NCBI GenBank assembly: GCA_050250895.1
Contig: JBFWNU010000002.1
Span: 160,001 to 224,000, forward strand
Direction: 5' to 3'
Source: Vulcanimicrobiota bacterium
GTDB lineage: Bacteria; Vulcanimicrobiota; Xenobia; Xenobiales; JADMJV01
Length of the DNA stretch: 64,000 bases
A program made the translations under genes and the position numbers. Position 1 is the stretch's first letter; each line of letters opens with the position of its first letter. Below are positions 39,399-50,501 of the stretch, one piece after another. The notes under the pieces were generated by a model. That model was not told where the DNA came from. It saw nothing but the letters and a program-made list of their open reading frames with translations, and did no database searches.

Positions 39399-39422
39399 AA
39401 AGGCCCCGACCGGGGCCGATAA
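39396..39422 (+). promoter_or_regulatory. Candidate sigma28-like promoter overlapping a short hairpin
   Basis: TAGA-N15-GCCGATAA versus consensus TAAA-N15-GCCGATAA; ggcccc-gacc-ggggcc could instead be a terminator. Confidence 0.35.
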
Positions 39423-39500
39423 AAGTCATCCACGGAGATTCCCCCGGGTCAAGGCCTTTCCAAGGCGGACTGGCTATGCTCGAGTCAGGAGGTCCCACCC

Positions 39501-39785
39501 ATGGATGAACTTCGCGCCAATCTCTATCACGTCGCCCGTTGTTTGTGTTCGACCGACTTCGACCAGGAGGCCCTTTCGGTCAGCGTCGAGGCCGACCAGC
39601 TAGCCCACGAACTACTCGCGAGCGAATCCTGTCCTAGCACTCTCGAGACCTTGACCTGGGCACGCGAGTTGCTGGTGGAAGGCCAGCAATTGGTATTCGA
39701 GGCCCTGGCTGATAACGGCTGCGGAACTCAGGCCCGTTGTGTCCTCCAGGAAGCCGCCTGGTTACTCTTGGCCGCCCTGCTTTGA
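39501..39785 (+). CDS. Hypothetical helical protein
   Basis: AGGAGG RBS, 94 aa. Confidence 0.65.
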   Translation: MDELRANLYHVARCLCSTDFDQEALSVSVEADQLAHELLASESCPSTLETLTWARELLVEGQQLVFEALADNGCGTQARCVLQEAAWLLLAALL

Positions 39786-39864
39786 TGGACTGTCTGTGTT
39801 AACAGTTTTACGATGAGAAGGACCTCGGCGAGTCCTGACAAACCCTCCGGTATCGGGAGGTTAT

Positions 39865-41415
39865 ATGCATCCATTCTTTCATCATTTTCGTCTGCTGTTG
39901 GCGTCGTTGCTTTGTTTGGCCGTGGTGGCCTGCAATGACTCCGACAGCGATATCAACTTCTCTTCGGGCACTAACGGTGGAGGTCAACCAGCCCAACAGA
40001 ACGCTGTCTTCCGAGGCCGCGTCACGGGGACCGTCATCGTGGGCATCGACCAGATTGGTAACCTGTTTTCGGTCGAGGCCGACAACGCTGGCAACTTCGC
40101 CCTGACGCTGCCGGCTCCGGGCACCTATCGTCTCTATCTCATCGAGCAGTTTTCCACGGCTCCGCTGGTGGTCAACGGCAGCAACGTGTTCGTGGTCGGC
40201 CAGCCTGTGGACTTTGACCTGGGCAACGTCACCATCGTCAATGGGGTGGCCGTGTCGAGTAATTCCATTCTGACCGCCGCTGGCGTCACCGACGGTGGCA
40301 CCAACACGGCATTCCCAGCCGCGCTTACCAACCCGCCCACGGCAGGTCTGTCCCTCGACCAGATCTTTGACCTCGGTTTTCTGGCCCTCAAGAACGGCGG
40401 GTTCTTGCTGGCCCGAGGCTACTTCAAGGCGGCCGCCGACCTGACCGCCGGCCAGACCGGCAACGATGCCGACACGGCCAACTTCTTTTACGGCCTGACG
40501 CAACTGGCCGCCTTGCTCGATAACATCCAGAGCGACGGCACCGACAACGGTCTCAACAATCTTGGTGACATCCTCGATGCGGCCGGCTACGACCCGTTGC
40601 GGCGCCCTAACCTCGGCGCTCTGATCCGGCCTGTGCCGTTTGCCAACACCACGCCCAACGGCGAGGCTTTGCGCCAGTATCTGGCCGGACCGGCCCGGAT
40701 GGAGTTCGAATCGGCCATCGCCAGTCTCGAGAAGGTCAGCCCGAGCTTCCAGCGCAGCTGGGAACTCTTTGATGTGGCCGATCTCTTCCCCGGTCCTCCC
40801 GTGACCACGGTCGAGAGCGACTACGGAGACGTGCTGGCCTTGTTGAGTCTGGCCAAGCAGGAATTGGCCTTCGTTCTTATCGTCAGTTCCTACGACCTGA
40901 GCGGCGATGTGGGGTTTGTCCTCAACAATCCTCAGTTGGTGACCCTCCAGGCGCTGGCCACCGGCAATCCCAACTTGCTCAACCACGTCACCGGCGCCAA
41001 TCTCACCCCGGTCGGCCAACAACTCGACTCGGCCTATGACCTGCTGGGTCAGGCCATCGCCTTTATGCAGAACGAAGCCGACGACCAGACCAACGACTTC
41101 ATCAACCTGCGGGGCTTGACGGCCATGCAACTACAACCGTTCCTGCAGCAACTGGCCGGCGCCCGTCAGGCGCTGGTCAACCCGATTGCGCTCAACCAAC
41201 CCGACATGTCGATGGGCACCCTGACGGCCTCGAATTTCTTCGACGCCAATGGGCTCAATCTGCATCAATTCTTCCCGACCTTCGCGGGCGATCAGGTCAC
41301 CAGCCTGTTCGCTGGCACACCTTTCGGCGACGTCTACAATGGCTATGGTGGAGGCACTCTGGCCGATCCCAACCACGACACCAATATGAACATGGTTCCC
41401 GACATTCTCGAGTAG
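39865..41415 (+). CDS. Hypothetical lipoprotein
   Basis: GGAGG RBS; lipobox VVAC; beta-rich N-terminal and helical C-terminal parts. Confidence 0.75.
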   Translation: MHPFFHHFRLLLASLLCLAVVACNDSDSDINFSSGTNGGGQPAQQNAVFRGRVTGTVIVGIDQIGNLFSVEADNAGNFALTLPAPGTYRLYLIEQFSTAPLVVNGSNVFVVGQPVDFDLGNVTIVNGVAVSSNSILTAAGVTDGGTNTAFPAALTNPPTAGLSLDQIFDLGFLALKNGGFLLARGYFKAAADLTAGQTGNDADTANFFYGLTQLAALLDNIQSDGTDNGLNNLGDILDAAGYDPLRRPNLGALIRPVPFANTTPNGEALRQYLAGPARMEFESAIASLEKVSPSFQRSWELFDVADLFPGPPVTTVESDYGDVLALLSLAKQELAFVLIVSSYDLSGDVGFVLNNPQLVTLQALATGNPNLLNHVTGANLTPVGQQLDSAYDLLGQAIAFMQNEADDQTNDFINLRGLTAMQLQPFLQQLAGARQALVNPIALNQPDMSMGTLTASNFFDANGLNLHQFFPTFAGDQVTSLFAGTPFGDVYNGYGGGTLADPNHDTNMNMVPDILE

Positions 41416-41434
41416 CCTTTCTCGTTGGGAAAAT

Positions 41435-41465
41435 GGCCCGCTACCGCGAGGTGGCGGGCCTTTTT
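41435..41465 (+). terminator. Rho-independent terminator
   Basis: ggcccgctacc-gcga-ggtggcgggcc followed by ttttt. Confidence 0.85.
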
Positions 41466-41576
41466 GCATCCGTTTTGCAAACCCGGCTTCGAAGCGCTCA
41501 CTTAGGTCAAAAAGAGTTACAAACCCTCAACAATAGATCGGGCCTTCTGGCGACCTGGATGATCAGGAGGTATGTG

Positions 41577-42131
41577 ATGAAGAAGACTCTGCTAGTAACC
41601 CTGATTACCCTGCTGGCTTTCGCCGGCCTGTTTGTTGAACGATACTATCAAAGCCGCGAATTCGTCGTGATCGGAGAAGTCAGTCAACCCACCGTGTTGT
41701 GGCTCGAGAAATCGGGCTGTGACCTCGTGCGAGCAGACAACCAGCTACTGGTTCGCGTCCACGACCGCGAGAAGACCCTCCAGGGACTTCGCTATGCTCT
41801 GGAATACAACCAGCTCAACCGCTCGCTCCATCATTTTACTATGGGTATGTTCATCGAAGGCATGGGACCCGAGTCCGACCCCCATTACAAGGCCGTCGAG
41901 ATCGGTCCCGACGGCCGGGCCGTGGTGGTGGAGCGAACCCGAGAGGTTCGATGGGTCTACGACCCTACCAGCGCGATGGCTCACAAGTCAGGGAACTACG
42001 CGGGTTATCGGCGCGACCTCGCTCCCATCCCCGAGGGCATCGGCCCCGACGAGGCCGAAGCCAGAATGATCATCGGATGGATGCGCCAGCTGAGCGACCA
42101 GGAGTTGCTGTTCTCAGAATTTGTCTTGTAG
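41577..42131 (+). CDS. Membrane-anchored hypothetical protein with an FlgC-like segment
   Basis: AGGAGG RBS; N-terminal TM helix; VRWVYDPTSAMAHKSGNYAGY. Confidence 0.6.
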   Translation: MKKTLLVTLITLLAFAGLFVERYYQSREFVVIGEVSQPTVLWLEKSGCDLVRADNQLLVRVHDREKTLQGLRYALEYNQLNRSLHHFTMGMFIEGMGPESDPHYKAVEIGPDGRAVVVERTREVRWVYDPTSAMAHKSGNYAGYRRDLAPIPEGIGPDEAEARMIIGWMRQLSDQELLFSEFVL

Positions 42132-42140
42132 CGGACCGCG

Positions 42141-42168
42141 CGCCCGCCCACTTCGTGGGGGGCGGGCC
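42141..42168. terminator. GC-rich hairpin between convergent genes
   Basis: cgcccgcccac-ttc-gtggggggcggg imperfect stem; no U-tract. Confidence 0.4.
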
Positions 42169-42174
42169 GCCTGT

Positions 42175-42819
42175 CTAACCCCGAAGAGCCGAGGCCGAGA
42201 GGCCCAGGCCGAGCAGACCCAGCAGGCTGCCGGCGGCCATCACGCCGAAGGCGTATCCGCCCGAGCTGGGTTGGCGACCCTCCTCGAAGAGAACACAGTT
42301 GTCGACATCGAGCTTGGCAAAGTTCTCTTTGAGCAGCTTTCGCTCGTCGCCCTTGAGCGAGTCGATCTCGTTGACCACCATCCCCGTCACTTTGGTGGGA
42401 AATTTGTCCTCGTCGATGGCCTTACCCAGCGCAGTCTTGGTGCGCCAGCGCTTGGTCTTGACAATGACGTGCGGGGTCAACACGGTGAAAGCCTCGGCGA
42501 AGGTGATCTGGTCGGCATCGCCGCCGTGCTTGGGAGCCAGTGTCTCGACGGCCTCCGCGACTTCGGCGTCGGTGAAGATCGGATAGTAGGCGTAGTCGAT
42601 CGAGTCGCTCTCGAGTTCACCATAATAGATGCTGCCGGCGCCCATCGGCACGTGTTCGTCGATGGTGCGGTAGGGGTTGGCAGGGACCCCTTTTTCGAGT
42701 TCTTCTAGACTGATCACTTCAGGCGTGGTGCTGACGCCCTTGGAGAGCTTGTACTCGCTCACTCCGTGGAAAATCAACATCCCAGCCCCGACAAAAATGA
42801 TCAAAACAAGGCGTAACAT
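42175..42819 (-). CDS. Hypothetical membrane protein (N- and C-terminal TM helices)
   Basis: 214-aa ORF. Confidence 0.65.
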   Translation of the reverse strand: MLRLVLIIFVGAGMLIFHGVSEYKLSKGVSTTPEVISLEELEKGVPANPYRTIDEHVPMGAGSIYYGELESDSIDYAYYPIFTDAEVAEAVETLAPKHGGDADQITFAEAFTVLTPHVIVKTKRWRTKTALGKAIDEDKFPTKVTGMVVNEIDSLKGDERKLLKENFAKLDVDNCVLFEEGRQPSSGGYAFGVMAAGSLLGLLGLGLSASALRG

Positions 42820-42875
42820 CGGAAACCCCCTCAGGTTGATAACGGCATAAATTCGGGCTTGGTCGAAAAGGCCCT

Positions 42876-43208
42876 CTAGGGAATGACCTCGACCTCGACC
42901 CGGATGACTCCGTCGCGAAGGAGATCGAGTTCTTCCGCTGCTCGTCGCGATAGGTCGATGACCCGCTCAGGGTTGTGGGGACCCCGGTCGTTGACCACCA
43001 CCTCCACCGATTGGCCGGTATCGAGCCGGGTCACCCGCAGCCGGGTCCCGAAAGGGTGGGTGCGATGGGCTGCCGTGAGGGCCTCGCGGTCGTACGGCTG
43101 ACCGCTGGCCGTCGGTCGACCCTGGAACTTGTCGGCGTAGTAGGAGGCCAGTCCCTCTTCGGCCCACACCGGAGCCGTCAGCAGCATGATCAGCAACAGC
43201 CAGCGCAT
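42876..43208 (-). CDS. rlpA: RlpA family lytic transglycosylase (DPBB domain)
   Basis: GLASYY, TASG, TAAHRT-PFGT, VNDRGP, IDLS. Confidence 0.92.
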   Translation of the reverse strand: MRWLLLIMLLTAPVWAEEGLASYYADKFQGRPTASGQPYDREALTAAHRTHPFGTRLRVTRLDTGQSVEVVVNDRGPHNPERVIDLSRRAAEELDLLRDGVIRVEVEVIP

Positions 43209-43395
43209 CTCTCTAGCTTCGGGCCGCGCTCGCCGGGTCCTTGCAGATCCAACCTCGAGGCGGGAATGACTCGGGAGCAGGCTCTGGAGTTCACCGGGCT
43301 GTAACCAGAAGACCTTGATGGCTGAGATCGATTGGCTCGGTCCACGGTTTACCTGGCGTTAAACCTTGCGGCCGGTCGAGCCCTGATAATGAGGT

Positions 43396-44064
43396 GTGCA
43401 GATTTCCACGCCATCCGTCCGTTCTCGGCCGGTGGATCGGCTGTTTGAGCCTACGCCACCGAAGGAGCCGGTCAAACCCGAGCCGACCCTCGGTTATCGC
43501 CTTGACCAGGTCCTCGATCAGGCCTGGCTCGGAGCCGGTGCTCTGGGCCTGGGCGCGGGCCTGCTGGCCGGACCCACCGCCGGCTGGCTCGGCACCACCT
43601 CGGGCCTCGTGGCCGGAGCCCTGGCGCTGCCTCCGCTAGTTTTGGGCGGGGTCGCTGTCGGCCTGGGTGCATCCAATCTGTTCGGGCTCGATGACGACGG
43701 AGTGCCGGCTGTGGTCGGAGGGGTCATCGGCGGCATCGGGGCGCTGGCCGGCGGATACCTCATTGGTCACGGCGCCCATGGCTGGCTGTTGAGCGCCGCC
43801 CTGGCCATACCGGCCGCCGTGGGGGCGGGTGGATTGGCCGCCCTGGCCCTGGATGGCCGGGACCACCTCGAAGCTTACTACCAGCACCAGGACCGCTTGT
43901 TCGAATATGAGTCGGCCCGGTTGGGCTATCAAGACCAACTGAGCGAGTATCAGAAGAAGCTGGCCGCCTATCGCAGCACCCTGGCGCGCCGCGAACTCGA
44001 CCTGGAACTCACCGATCAGCGTCTGGTGGTAGGTGATGTCGAAGTCGAGGTTTCGCCCCAGTAA
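43396..44064 (+). CDS. Glycine-zipper membrane protein with a coiled coil and a C-terminal DLEL..LVVGD motif
   Basis: GAGG + GTG; Gly/Ala hydrophobic core. Confidence 0.65.
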   Translation: MQISTPSVRSRPVDRLFEPTPPKEPVKPEPTLGYRLDQVLDQAWLGAGALGLGAGLLAGPTAGWLGTTSGLVAGALALPPLVLGGVAVGLGASNLFGLDDDGVPAVVGGVIGGIGALAGGYLIGHGAHGWLLSAALAIPAAVGAGGLAALALDGRDHLEAYYQHQDRLFEYESARLGYQDQLSEYQKKLAAYRSTLARRELDLELTDQRLVVGDVEVEVSPQ

Positions 44065-45355
44065 CGCGCTCGACATAGGCGTCGGGGTCGCATTTGCGCT
44101 CTAGCCCTGAACGGGTCATACAGCGCACTTTGCCAAAGATCGCCCGCTCCTTCCAGGGGCGATCGTGCAGGCCGAACAGCCATCCGATGTTGGCGAACGA
44201 GTTGGGGTCGCGTCCGTCGAGAAGATAGCGATTGTTGAGTTCGAGGGCCACCCGGTAAGCATATTCTGGCGTGTTGGTCCAGGTCAGTATCTGCTTGCCC
44301 CAGTACATCCGCATGTGGTTGTGCAGATAGCCGCTACTCACCATCTGGTGCTGGGCGGCGTTCCAATATTCATCGTGAGTCTGGCCGCCCTCTAACTGCT
44401 TGGCCGTGTAATAGACTTCCCGCTCGTCGTCTTTGTGCTCGAGCAGCGTGGTGCGTGCCCACTCGGGCAGACAGCTGAACTGATCGTAGTTCGGAGTGTA
44501 GAAAACGAAATTCTGGGCCAGGCTGCGGCGCACCGTCAATTCTTCGATGAACGCCTCGTTCTTCGTCTGTAGGGCCAGCCACACCGGGCTGATCTGCCCG
44601 AAGTGTAGATAGGGGCTCATCATCGACACCACCGGGTCCTCGGGGTGGGCTCGTTGCTGGTCGTACCGATCGATCTGGTCGAGAAAGGAGCTGAAGCGAC
44701 GCCGGGCGGCCACGGTGCCCGAGACGAGTTCTACCGGCTGGACCGTCTTGGGCACCTTCAGCTCGAGGTTGAAGTTAACGTCCTGGCAGGGATAGGAATT
44801 GGCTTGCTGCGTGATGGTGGGAATCTCGTCAAGATATGGCTCAAGCCACCTCTTCACTTTCGGGCGGAGGGTGCGAGCGGCGTATTCAGCCTTGTCCGAG
44901 ACCCGTTCGACCGGTATGACCGCCTCGCCCTCGATCTGGTAAACCCTCCCGTCAAAGGTTTGGGCCACTTCGCGGTACAGGGCTCGGAGCTCGCGAAGAT
45001 AGCCACGATCGAGCACCACTTCGGCAGCCTCTCGAGTGAGGCGAACGAATTCTCGAAGCGGCTCGCCATGAGCCAGGCTGAAGGCCAGGTTGCGACGACG
45101 CAGGGCCCGGGCCGTCTTCTCCAGCCCTCGCAGCATGAAGTCGAAGTGGCGCCAGTTGGCCTCGGGAAAGTCCTCCCACACGATAAAAAAGACCACCACG
45201 GGCAGGCCCAACTGGTTGCCCCGCCAGATGGCGAACTCCAGGGCCGGATTTTGCTCGGCCCGCTGAGCCGACTGCATCCAATAGGCCACGAACTTGCCGT
45301 CACGCTGCTTGTCACTGAGGGTCTCCAGACGCTTCTCTAGAGCGGAGAGGTCCAT
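44009..45355 (-). CDS. phr: Class II CPD photolyase
   Basis: YWMQ..QRAE.N.AL, SPYLHFGQIS, THDEYWNAAQ, HNHMRMYWGK, DGRDPN. Confidence 0.92.
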   Translation of the reverse strand: MDLSALEKRLETLSDKQRDGKFVAYWMQSAQRAEQNPALEFAIWRGNQLGLPVVVFFIVWEDFPEANWRHFDFMLRGLEKTARALRRRNLAFSLAHGEPLREFVRLTREAAEVVLDRGYLRELRALYREVAQTFDGRVYQIEGEAVIPVERVSDKAEYAARTLRPKVKRWLEPYLDEIPTITQQANSYPCQDVNFNLELKVPKTVQPVELVSGTVAARRRFSSFLDQIDRYDQQRAHPEDPVVSMMSPYLHFGQISPVWLALQTKNEAFIEELTVRRSLAQNFVFYTPNYDQFSCLPEWARTTLLEHKDDEREVYYTAKQLEGGQTHDEYWNAAQHQMVSSGYLHNHMRMYWGKQILTWTNTPEYAYRVALELNNRYLLDGRDPNSFANIGWLFGLHDRPWKERAIFGKVRCMTRSGLERKCDPDAYVERVTGAKPRLRHHLPPDADR

Positions 45356-45549
45356 CCTCTCATTAGAGACCAGCTCGCTTCCCGGAGGGAACCTTCCTTG
45401 GTGTCTCGAGCCCCTATACGATCCCTGCGCAGGTAGATAAGCAGGCTACCAGCCAGAGTGCCATCAGTCCCGCCAGAAAGACGAGAGCGACTTTGCCGAA
45501 GACGCGGGGTGGCGGGCGGCGCGAGAGTTGGCCACTTCCGGACGGAAAG

Positions 45550-47046
45550 TTACTGGTCGAGGGGAATGACGCGAATGGCGTGCTCGCCGGGTACGGCGAC
45601 GTAGAGGCGCTGCAGCACGGGGTCGACGGCCAGACCGCCAATGACCGTCCAGAAGACAGGCTCTTTGGCCACCAGGGCCCCGGGAGCCACCGTCAGTAGC
45701 GGCACCACGGCGCCATCGGCCGACAGCCGCACCACCCGGTCGGCCCCCGCTTCGACCACCGCCAGATCGCCGTCAGGCAGGGCCTCGACAGCCGTCGGCC
45801 GGGACAGACCGGAGGCCATCACCAGGGGAGCCCGCTGGCTCAGCAGCACCACCCGGCCGGTGTCGCGGTCGATCACCACCAGGCCTTTGCCCGGCAGGCG
45901 GGTCACATCCACCGGCTCGGACAAGCCGGTCAGGACCGGCACCAGGCCTCCGTTAGGTAAGACCGCCACCACCCGCGAGCGGCCCAGTTCGGCTACATAG
46001 AGGGTACCCCCGGCACTGGTCAGGCCGGCCGGATCTTTGAGGCCCTCGGCCACCACCCGGGCCCGTTCGCCCCAGCCAGAAACGATCTGGCCGTTGCGGG
46101 TCAAAGAGTAATAGACCGTGCCATCCTCGCCCAGGGTCGAGTCGACCACGCCCACCAGTTGCTCGGGGCGAGCGAAGAAGGCTCCTAGCAGGGGAGCGTG
46201 GACGGGGGTCTGGCCCTCATCTAGCTCGACCGCTGTCAAGCCAGCGGCAAAGAGGCGGTTCTCTAGCTCAAAGCGCAGGCTGCCACCGGACTGGCCCCCC
46301 GCCAGGCGAACCGTGGTCTGGCCGCTCTCGAGGTCGAGTTCGCTCAGCGAACCGTCGAGCAGATTGCAGGCGACCAGGGTATTGGGCCCTTCCCGCGCCA
46401 GGGCGCACAGGCCAGTGTGGGTCTCGCCGACCATCCGTTGACCGGGACGGTCCAGAGGCAATTCCCAGACCGTGCCCGTTAGAGCCTCGCCTACATAGAC
46501 GTGGCCCGGCTCGGCCACCAGGCCCAGAGGGGTGTTCAGGCCAGCCGCCAGTTCGCTCTGGCCCGAGCCGTCTAGCTTGATGCGCTCGACGCTACCCTGG
46601 TTTGGCAAGCTCACGAACAGTTCGCCTTCGCCGGCCGCCAGATCGCCCACACCGTCGAGGCCGAAGGCCACCACCTTGCGTATTCCACCTGACCGGGGAT
46701 CGAGTTCGAGCACCCGGCCGAACTTTTCGGCCAGAAACAGGCGACCACCGCGATAGGCCAGGGCCGTCGGAGCTTTGACTTCGAGTTCGAACTCGGTCCA
46801 GCCGGTGGCGTCTAACCGGCCGACTCTGTCGTTGAGGGGATCGGCCAGCCAATAGGCGCCCTCGCCTTCGGCCACCGACCAGGGCCGCAGGCCTTTGGGG
46901 CACCCTTCCAGGCCGTGTAGTCGGCCGGCAGCGAATTCGGCCACCACCAGACGTCCCTGGCTGAAGACCAGATCCGAGGGCCCGGCCAAAGGCTCGGCCA
47001 GGGCGCCGCAGCACCACAGCAGAACCAGCAGCCAGGCCTTTCTCAC
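45550..47046 (-). CDS. Secreted NHL/beta-propeller repeat protein
   Basis: Signal peptide; repeated GL--P-GL/D...LYVAE blades. Confidence 0.7.
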   Translation of the reverse strand: MRKAWLLVLLWCCGALAEPLAGPSDLVFSQGRLVVAEFAAGRLHGLEGCPKGLRPWSVAEGEGAYWLADPLNDRVGRLDATGWTEFELEVKAPTALAYRGGRLFLAEKFGRVLELDPRSGGIRKVVAFGLDGVGDLAAGEGELFVSLPNQGSVERIKLDGSGQSELAAGLNTPLGLVAEPGHVYVGEALTGTVWELPLDRPGQRMVGETHTGLCALAREGPNTLVACNLLDGSLSELDLESGQTTVRLAGGQSGGSLRFELENRLFAAGLTAVELDEGQTPVHAPLLGAFFARPEQLVGVVDSTLGEDGTVYYSLTRNGQIVSGWGERARVVAEGLKDPAGLTSAGGTLYVAELGRSRVVAVLPNGGLVPVLTGLSEPVDVTRLPGKGLVVIDRDTGRVVLLSQRAPLVMASGLSRPTAVEALPDGDLAVVEAGADRVVRLSADGAVVPLLTVAPGALVAKEPVFWTVIGGLAVDPVLQRLYVAVPGEHAIRVIPLDQ

Positions 47047-48251
47047 TCGAGAACCACCTGGACGTAGCGGCGACCCACTTTGAGGATGGGCGAACCCGTC
47101 AGGTCGAGGTCGACCATCTCGGTCACCTTCTCGCCATCGACGCTCACGCTGCCTTGCTCGACCAGGCGCCGTGACTCGCGATTGGATGAAGCGAGCCCTA
47201 CCTGCGTCAACAGCTTGACGATAAACAGCTTGCCGTCGCTGGTCTCGCCGCGGGGCACGGCGGCCTGGGGCATGTCGGTAGGAATCTCTTTTTGCGAAAA
47301 GACCCGCACGAATTCGTCCTGGGCGGCCTGGGCCTCGGCGGCGCCGTGATAAATGGTGATGATCTCGCGGCCCAGCCAGAACTTCACGTCCCGGGGGTGG
47401 TCCTGGCGCAGGCGCCGGTCCACCTCATCCATGGGCACGGTCGTGCACAGCTCGAAATAGCGGCGCATCAGGTCGTCGGGGATCGACATCAGCTTGCCGA
47501 ACATCTCGTTAGGAGGCTCGGTGATGCCGACGTAGTTGCCCAGGCTCTTGCTCATCTTCTTGACCCCGTCGAGGCCTTCCAAAATCGGCATGAGCAAGAC
47601 GATTTGGGGCGGCTGGCCGTACTCTTTTTGCAGCGTGCGACCCACCAGGTTGTTGAACTTCTGGTCGGTTCCGCCCATCTCTACATCGCTCTTGAGAGCT
47701 ACCGAGTCATAGCCCTGCATGAGGGGATAGATCAGCTCGTGCAAGCCGATGGGAACTCCTTCGCGAAAGCGCTTTTCGAAGTCGTCTCGCTCCATGATGC
47801 GGGCCACCGTGTAGCGCGAACTCAAGGTCACCACGTCGGCAAAGCTCATCGGTCCGAGCCATTCTGAATTGAAGCGCACTTCGGTCTTGTCGGGGTCGAG
47901 AATGCGTGAGAACTGTTCGGCGTAGGTGCGCCCGTTCTCTTCGATCTCTTCGGGGGTCAGCACCTTGCGCGTCTCGGAGCGTCCGCTGGGGTCGCCCACC
48001 CGGGCGGTGAAGTCGCCGATCAAGAGCACCACCTGGTGGCCCAGGTCCTGAAACTGGCGCAGCTTGCGCAACACCACCGCAAAGCCCAGGTGAATGTGAG
48101 GCGCGGTGGGGTCAAGACCCAGCTTGATGCGTAGAGGGCGCTTTTGCTCGGCGCTCTCTTTAAGGCGAGCCTTGAGGTCTTCCTCTGAAATGATTTCGGC
48201 GGTGCCGCGTTTGAGCAGCTCGAACTGCTCTTCCACAGGCAAGAAAGTCAT
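47043..48251 (-). CDS. tyrS: Tyrosine--tRNA ligase
   Basis: [33 protein letters not shown]-terminal S4 domain. Confidence 0.97.
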   Translation of the reverse strand: MTFLPVEEQFELLKRGTAEIISEEDLKARLKESAEQKRPLRIKLGLDPTAPHIHLGFAVVLRKLRQFQDLGHQVVLLIGDFTARVGDPSGRSETRKVLTPEEIEENGRTYAEQFSRILDPDKTEVRFNSEWLGPMSFADVVTLSSRYTVARIMERDDFEKRFREGVPIGLHELIYPLMQGYDSVALKSDVEMGGTDQKFNNLVGRTLQKEYGQPPQIVLLMPILEGLDGVKKMSKSLGNYVGITEPPNEMFGKLMSIPDDLMRRYFELCTTVPMDEVDRRLRQDHPRDVKFWLGREIITIYHGAAEAQAAQDEFVRVFSQKEIPTDMPQAAVPRGETSDGKLFIVKLLTQVGLASSNRESRRLVEQGSVSVDGEKVTEMVDLDLTGSPILKVGRRYVQVVLE

Positions 48252-48256
48252 CGATG

Positions 48257-49792
48257 TCACTCCCATTCGATCGTTCCCGGCGGCTTCGGAGTAATGTCGT
48301 AAACCACCCGGTTGACCCCCTCTACTTCGTTGACAATGCGGGTCGCGATGCGATCCAGAAGGTCCCAGTCAAGACGAGCCACGTCGGCCGTCATGGCGTC
48401 CTCAGAATGAACCGCCCGCACGGCCACCACGTCGGCATAGGTGCGGGCGTCTCCCATCACCCCCACGCTCTTGACGGGGAGCAGGGCGGCGTAGTACTGC
48501 CAGGGATGTTTCTCCATGGTGGCCTGAAAAATCTCGCTGCGAGCGATGTGGTCGGCGGCCCGGGCCGTGTCGAGGCGGGTTTTGTCGACCGGACCGAGCA
48601 CCCGCACGGCCATTCCCGGGCCGGGGAAGGGCTGGCGCTCGAGGATGTCGCGGGGCACGCCCAACTCGGCTCCCACCCGGCGCACCTCGTCTTTGAACAG
48701 GGTCTTGAGGGGCTCGACCAGCTTGAGCTTCATGTCCTCGGGCAGCCCGCCCACATTGTGGTGGGTTTTGATGGTGGCCGCTTTGCCTTTGCCGCCGTGG
48801 CCGCTCTCGACGATGTCGGGATAGAGCGTGCCCTGGACCAGATATTCGATGTCGGGCTCTTCGTGCAGGGCCTGCTCGAAAACGCGGATGAACATCTCGC
48901 CGATGATCTTGCGTTTTTTTTCGGGCTCGGCCACTCCGGCCAGCGCCTGTAAGAAGCGCTCTTCGGCCTCGATTTTGCGCACATGCAGACCGGTCTCGCG
49001 CAGGCTCTCCATCACCTGGTCGGCCTCGCCCTGGCGCAGCAGGCCGTTGTCGACGAAAAGACAGATCAGCTGGTCGCCGATGGCTTTGCCCACCAGGGCC
49101 GCGGCCACCGTTGAATCGACTCCGCCCGAGAGGGCACAGGCCACCCGGGCCGAGCCCACCTGCTGGCGAATCTCGCGCACCGTGGCCTCGACGAAGCACT
49201 CGGCGTTCCACTCGAAGCGGCAACCGGCCAGCTCGAGAAAGTTCTTGAGCAGCTTGGTGCCTCCAGGAGTGTGGCTCACCTCGGGATGAAACTGCAGACC
49301 GTAATAGTTGCGGTCGGGGTCGCCCATCGCAGCCATGGCGCTGTCGGTGACGGCCAGTTCGCGAAAGCCCTGGGGAAGGCGCTCGACCCGATCGCCGTGG
49401 CTCATCCAGCAGGCCTGCTCGCCCTCGAGTCCGGCAAAGAGCGGGTTGTCGCCTTTCATCTTGAAGCGAGCCGGGCCGTACTCGCGCACGGTGCCGCGCA
49501 CCACCTCGCCGCCCAGGTGGCGGCTCAACAGCTGCATGCCGTAGCAGATGCCCAGAATGGGCACGCCGCTCTCGATCAGGCCCGAGGGCAAACCGGGAGC
49601 CCCCTCGTCATAGACGCTGTTAGGCCCGCCCGACAAGATGACCGCCCGTGGCGAGGAGCGGCTCAGTTCGTCCCAGGGATGGTCCGGGTCGACCAGCTCG
49701 GCAAAGACGCCGCACTCGCGCAGGCGGCGCGTGATCAACAGGTTGTACTGCGAGCCGTAGTCGAGCACCAGCACGTTTTCACTCGGTTGCAT
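48257..49792 (-). CDS. guaA: GMP synthase (glutamine-hydrolysing)
   Basis: [46 protein letters not shown]. Confidence 0.97.
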   Translation of the reverse strand: MQPSENVLVLDYGSQYNLLITRRLRECGVFAELVDPDHPWDELSRSSPRAVILSGGPNSVYDEGAPGLPSGLIESGVPILGICYGMQLLSRHLGGEVVRGTVREYGPARFKMKGDNPLFAGLEGEQACWMSHGDRVERLPQGFRELAVTDSAMAAMGDPDRNYYGLQFHPEVSHTPGGTKLLKNFLELAGCRFEWNAECFVEATVREIRQQVGSARVACALSGGVDSTVAAALVGKAIGDQLICLFVDNGLLRQGEADQVMESLRETGLHVRKIEAEERFLQALAGVAEPEKKRKIIGEMFIRVFEQALHEEPDIEYLVQGTLYPDIVESGHGGKGKAATIKTHHNVGGLPEDMKLKLVEPLKTLFKDEVRRVGAELGVPRDILERQPFPGPGMAVRVLGPVDKTRLDTARAADHIARSEIFQATMEKHPWQYYAALLPVKSVGVMGDARTYADVVAVRAVHSEDAMTADVARLDWDLLDRIATRIVNEVEGVNRVVYDITPKPPGTIEWE

Positions 49793-49864
49793 AGCCTGCC
49801 TTTCGCAGCCCGGCGAAAGCCTTCCTGGCTGGTATGGTGACTCTCGGGGTGTTAGAATACTCGG

Positions 49865-50461
49865 ATGAAACGACCCCGCCGCACCGGACCGACCAAAAAG
49901 TTCAGCCAGCACCTGTTGCTGACCGTCGAGCCTCCTCGCTTCTTGCGCGAGGCTCTGGTGCGCGAGCGCAAGACCTGGCGCAAACAGCTCGACCAGGACG
50001 CGCGCTGGGTTCCGGCTCTGGCCCTGCATCTTACTTTGCGCTATCTGGGCGAGCTCGAGGTCGCTAAGAGCAAGCTGCTCAGCAAGAAACTTGCGGCTGC
50101 GGCGCGAGACATCGAGCCCTTTCAGGTTAGTCTGGCCGGTCTGGGTGGCCACCCCTCGCTTGAGGAGGCCCGCACCCTCTATCTTTCGGTGGTCAAATCC
50201 AAGCCTCTCAAAGCCCTGGTGGCCTCCGTCGAGGACTGCTGCAAGGAGCTCTCGTTGGCCAAGGACAAGAAGCCTTTCGAGAGTCATATCACCCTGGCTC
50301 GCTGCAAAGAGCCGCAATCGTTCTCCGAACTCGAGTTGCCCGAAGAACTCAAAGGTTTCACCGTGCGCAGTTTCTCGCTGCTCGAGAGTCGCTCGGGACC
50401 CGGTGGTTTGAGCCTGCATCCTTTACGTCGATTCGAACTGGCGGCAACAAGCCCGGGCTAG
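49865..50461 (+). CDS. thpR: RNA 2',3'-cyclic phosphodiesterase (2H family)
   Basis: HLTLRYLG and HITLAR 2H motifs. Confidence 0.85.
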   Translation: MKRPRRTGPTKKFSQHLLLTVEPPRFLREALVRERKTWRKQLDQDARWVPALALHLTLRYLGELEVAKSKLLSKKLAAAARDIEPFQVSLAGLGGHPSLEEARTLYLSVVKSKPLKALVASVEDCCKELSLAKDKKPFESHITLARCKEPQSFSELELPEELKGFTVRSFSLLESRSGPGGLSLHPLRRFELAATSPG

Positions 50462-50501
50462 ATCCAGCAATCCACCAATCAGCGCTTGCTAGAATCCAAC
50501 C

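Noticed and set aside
45414-45549. Short hydrophobic ORF tail downstream of the propeller gene
   Set aside because: No convincing start or RBS outside the upstream gene.
49793-50419. Apparent 209-aa N-terminal extension of GuaA
   Set aside because: It is antisense to thpR; GuaA motifs begin just after ATG 49792.
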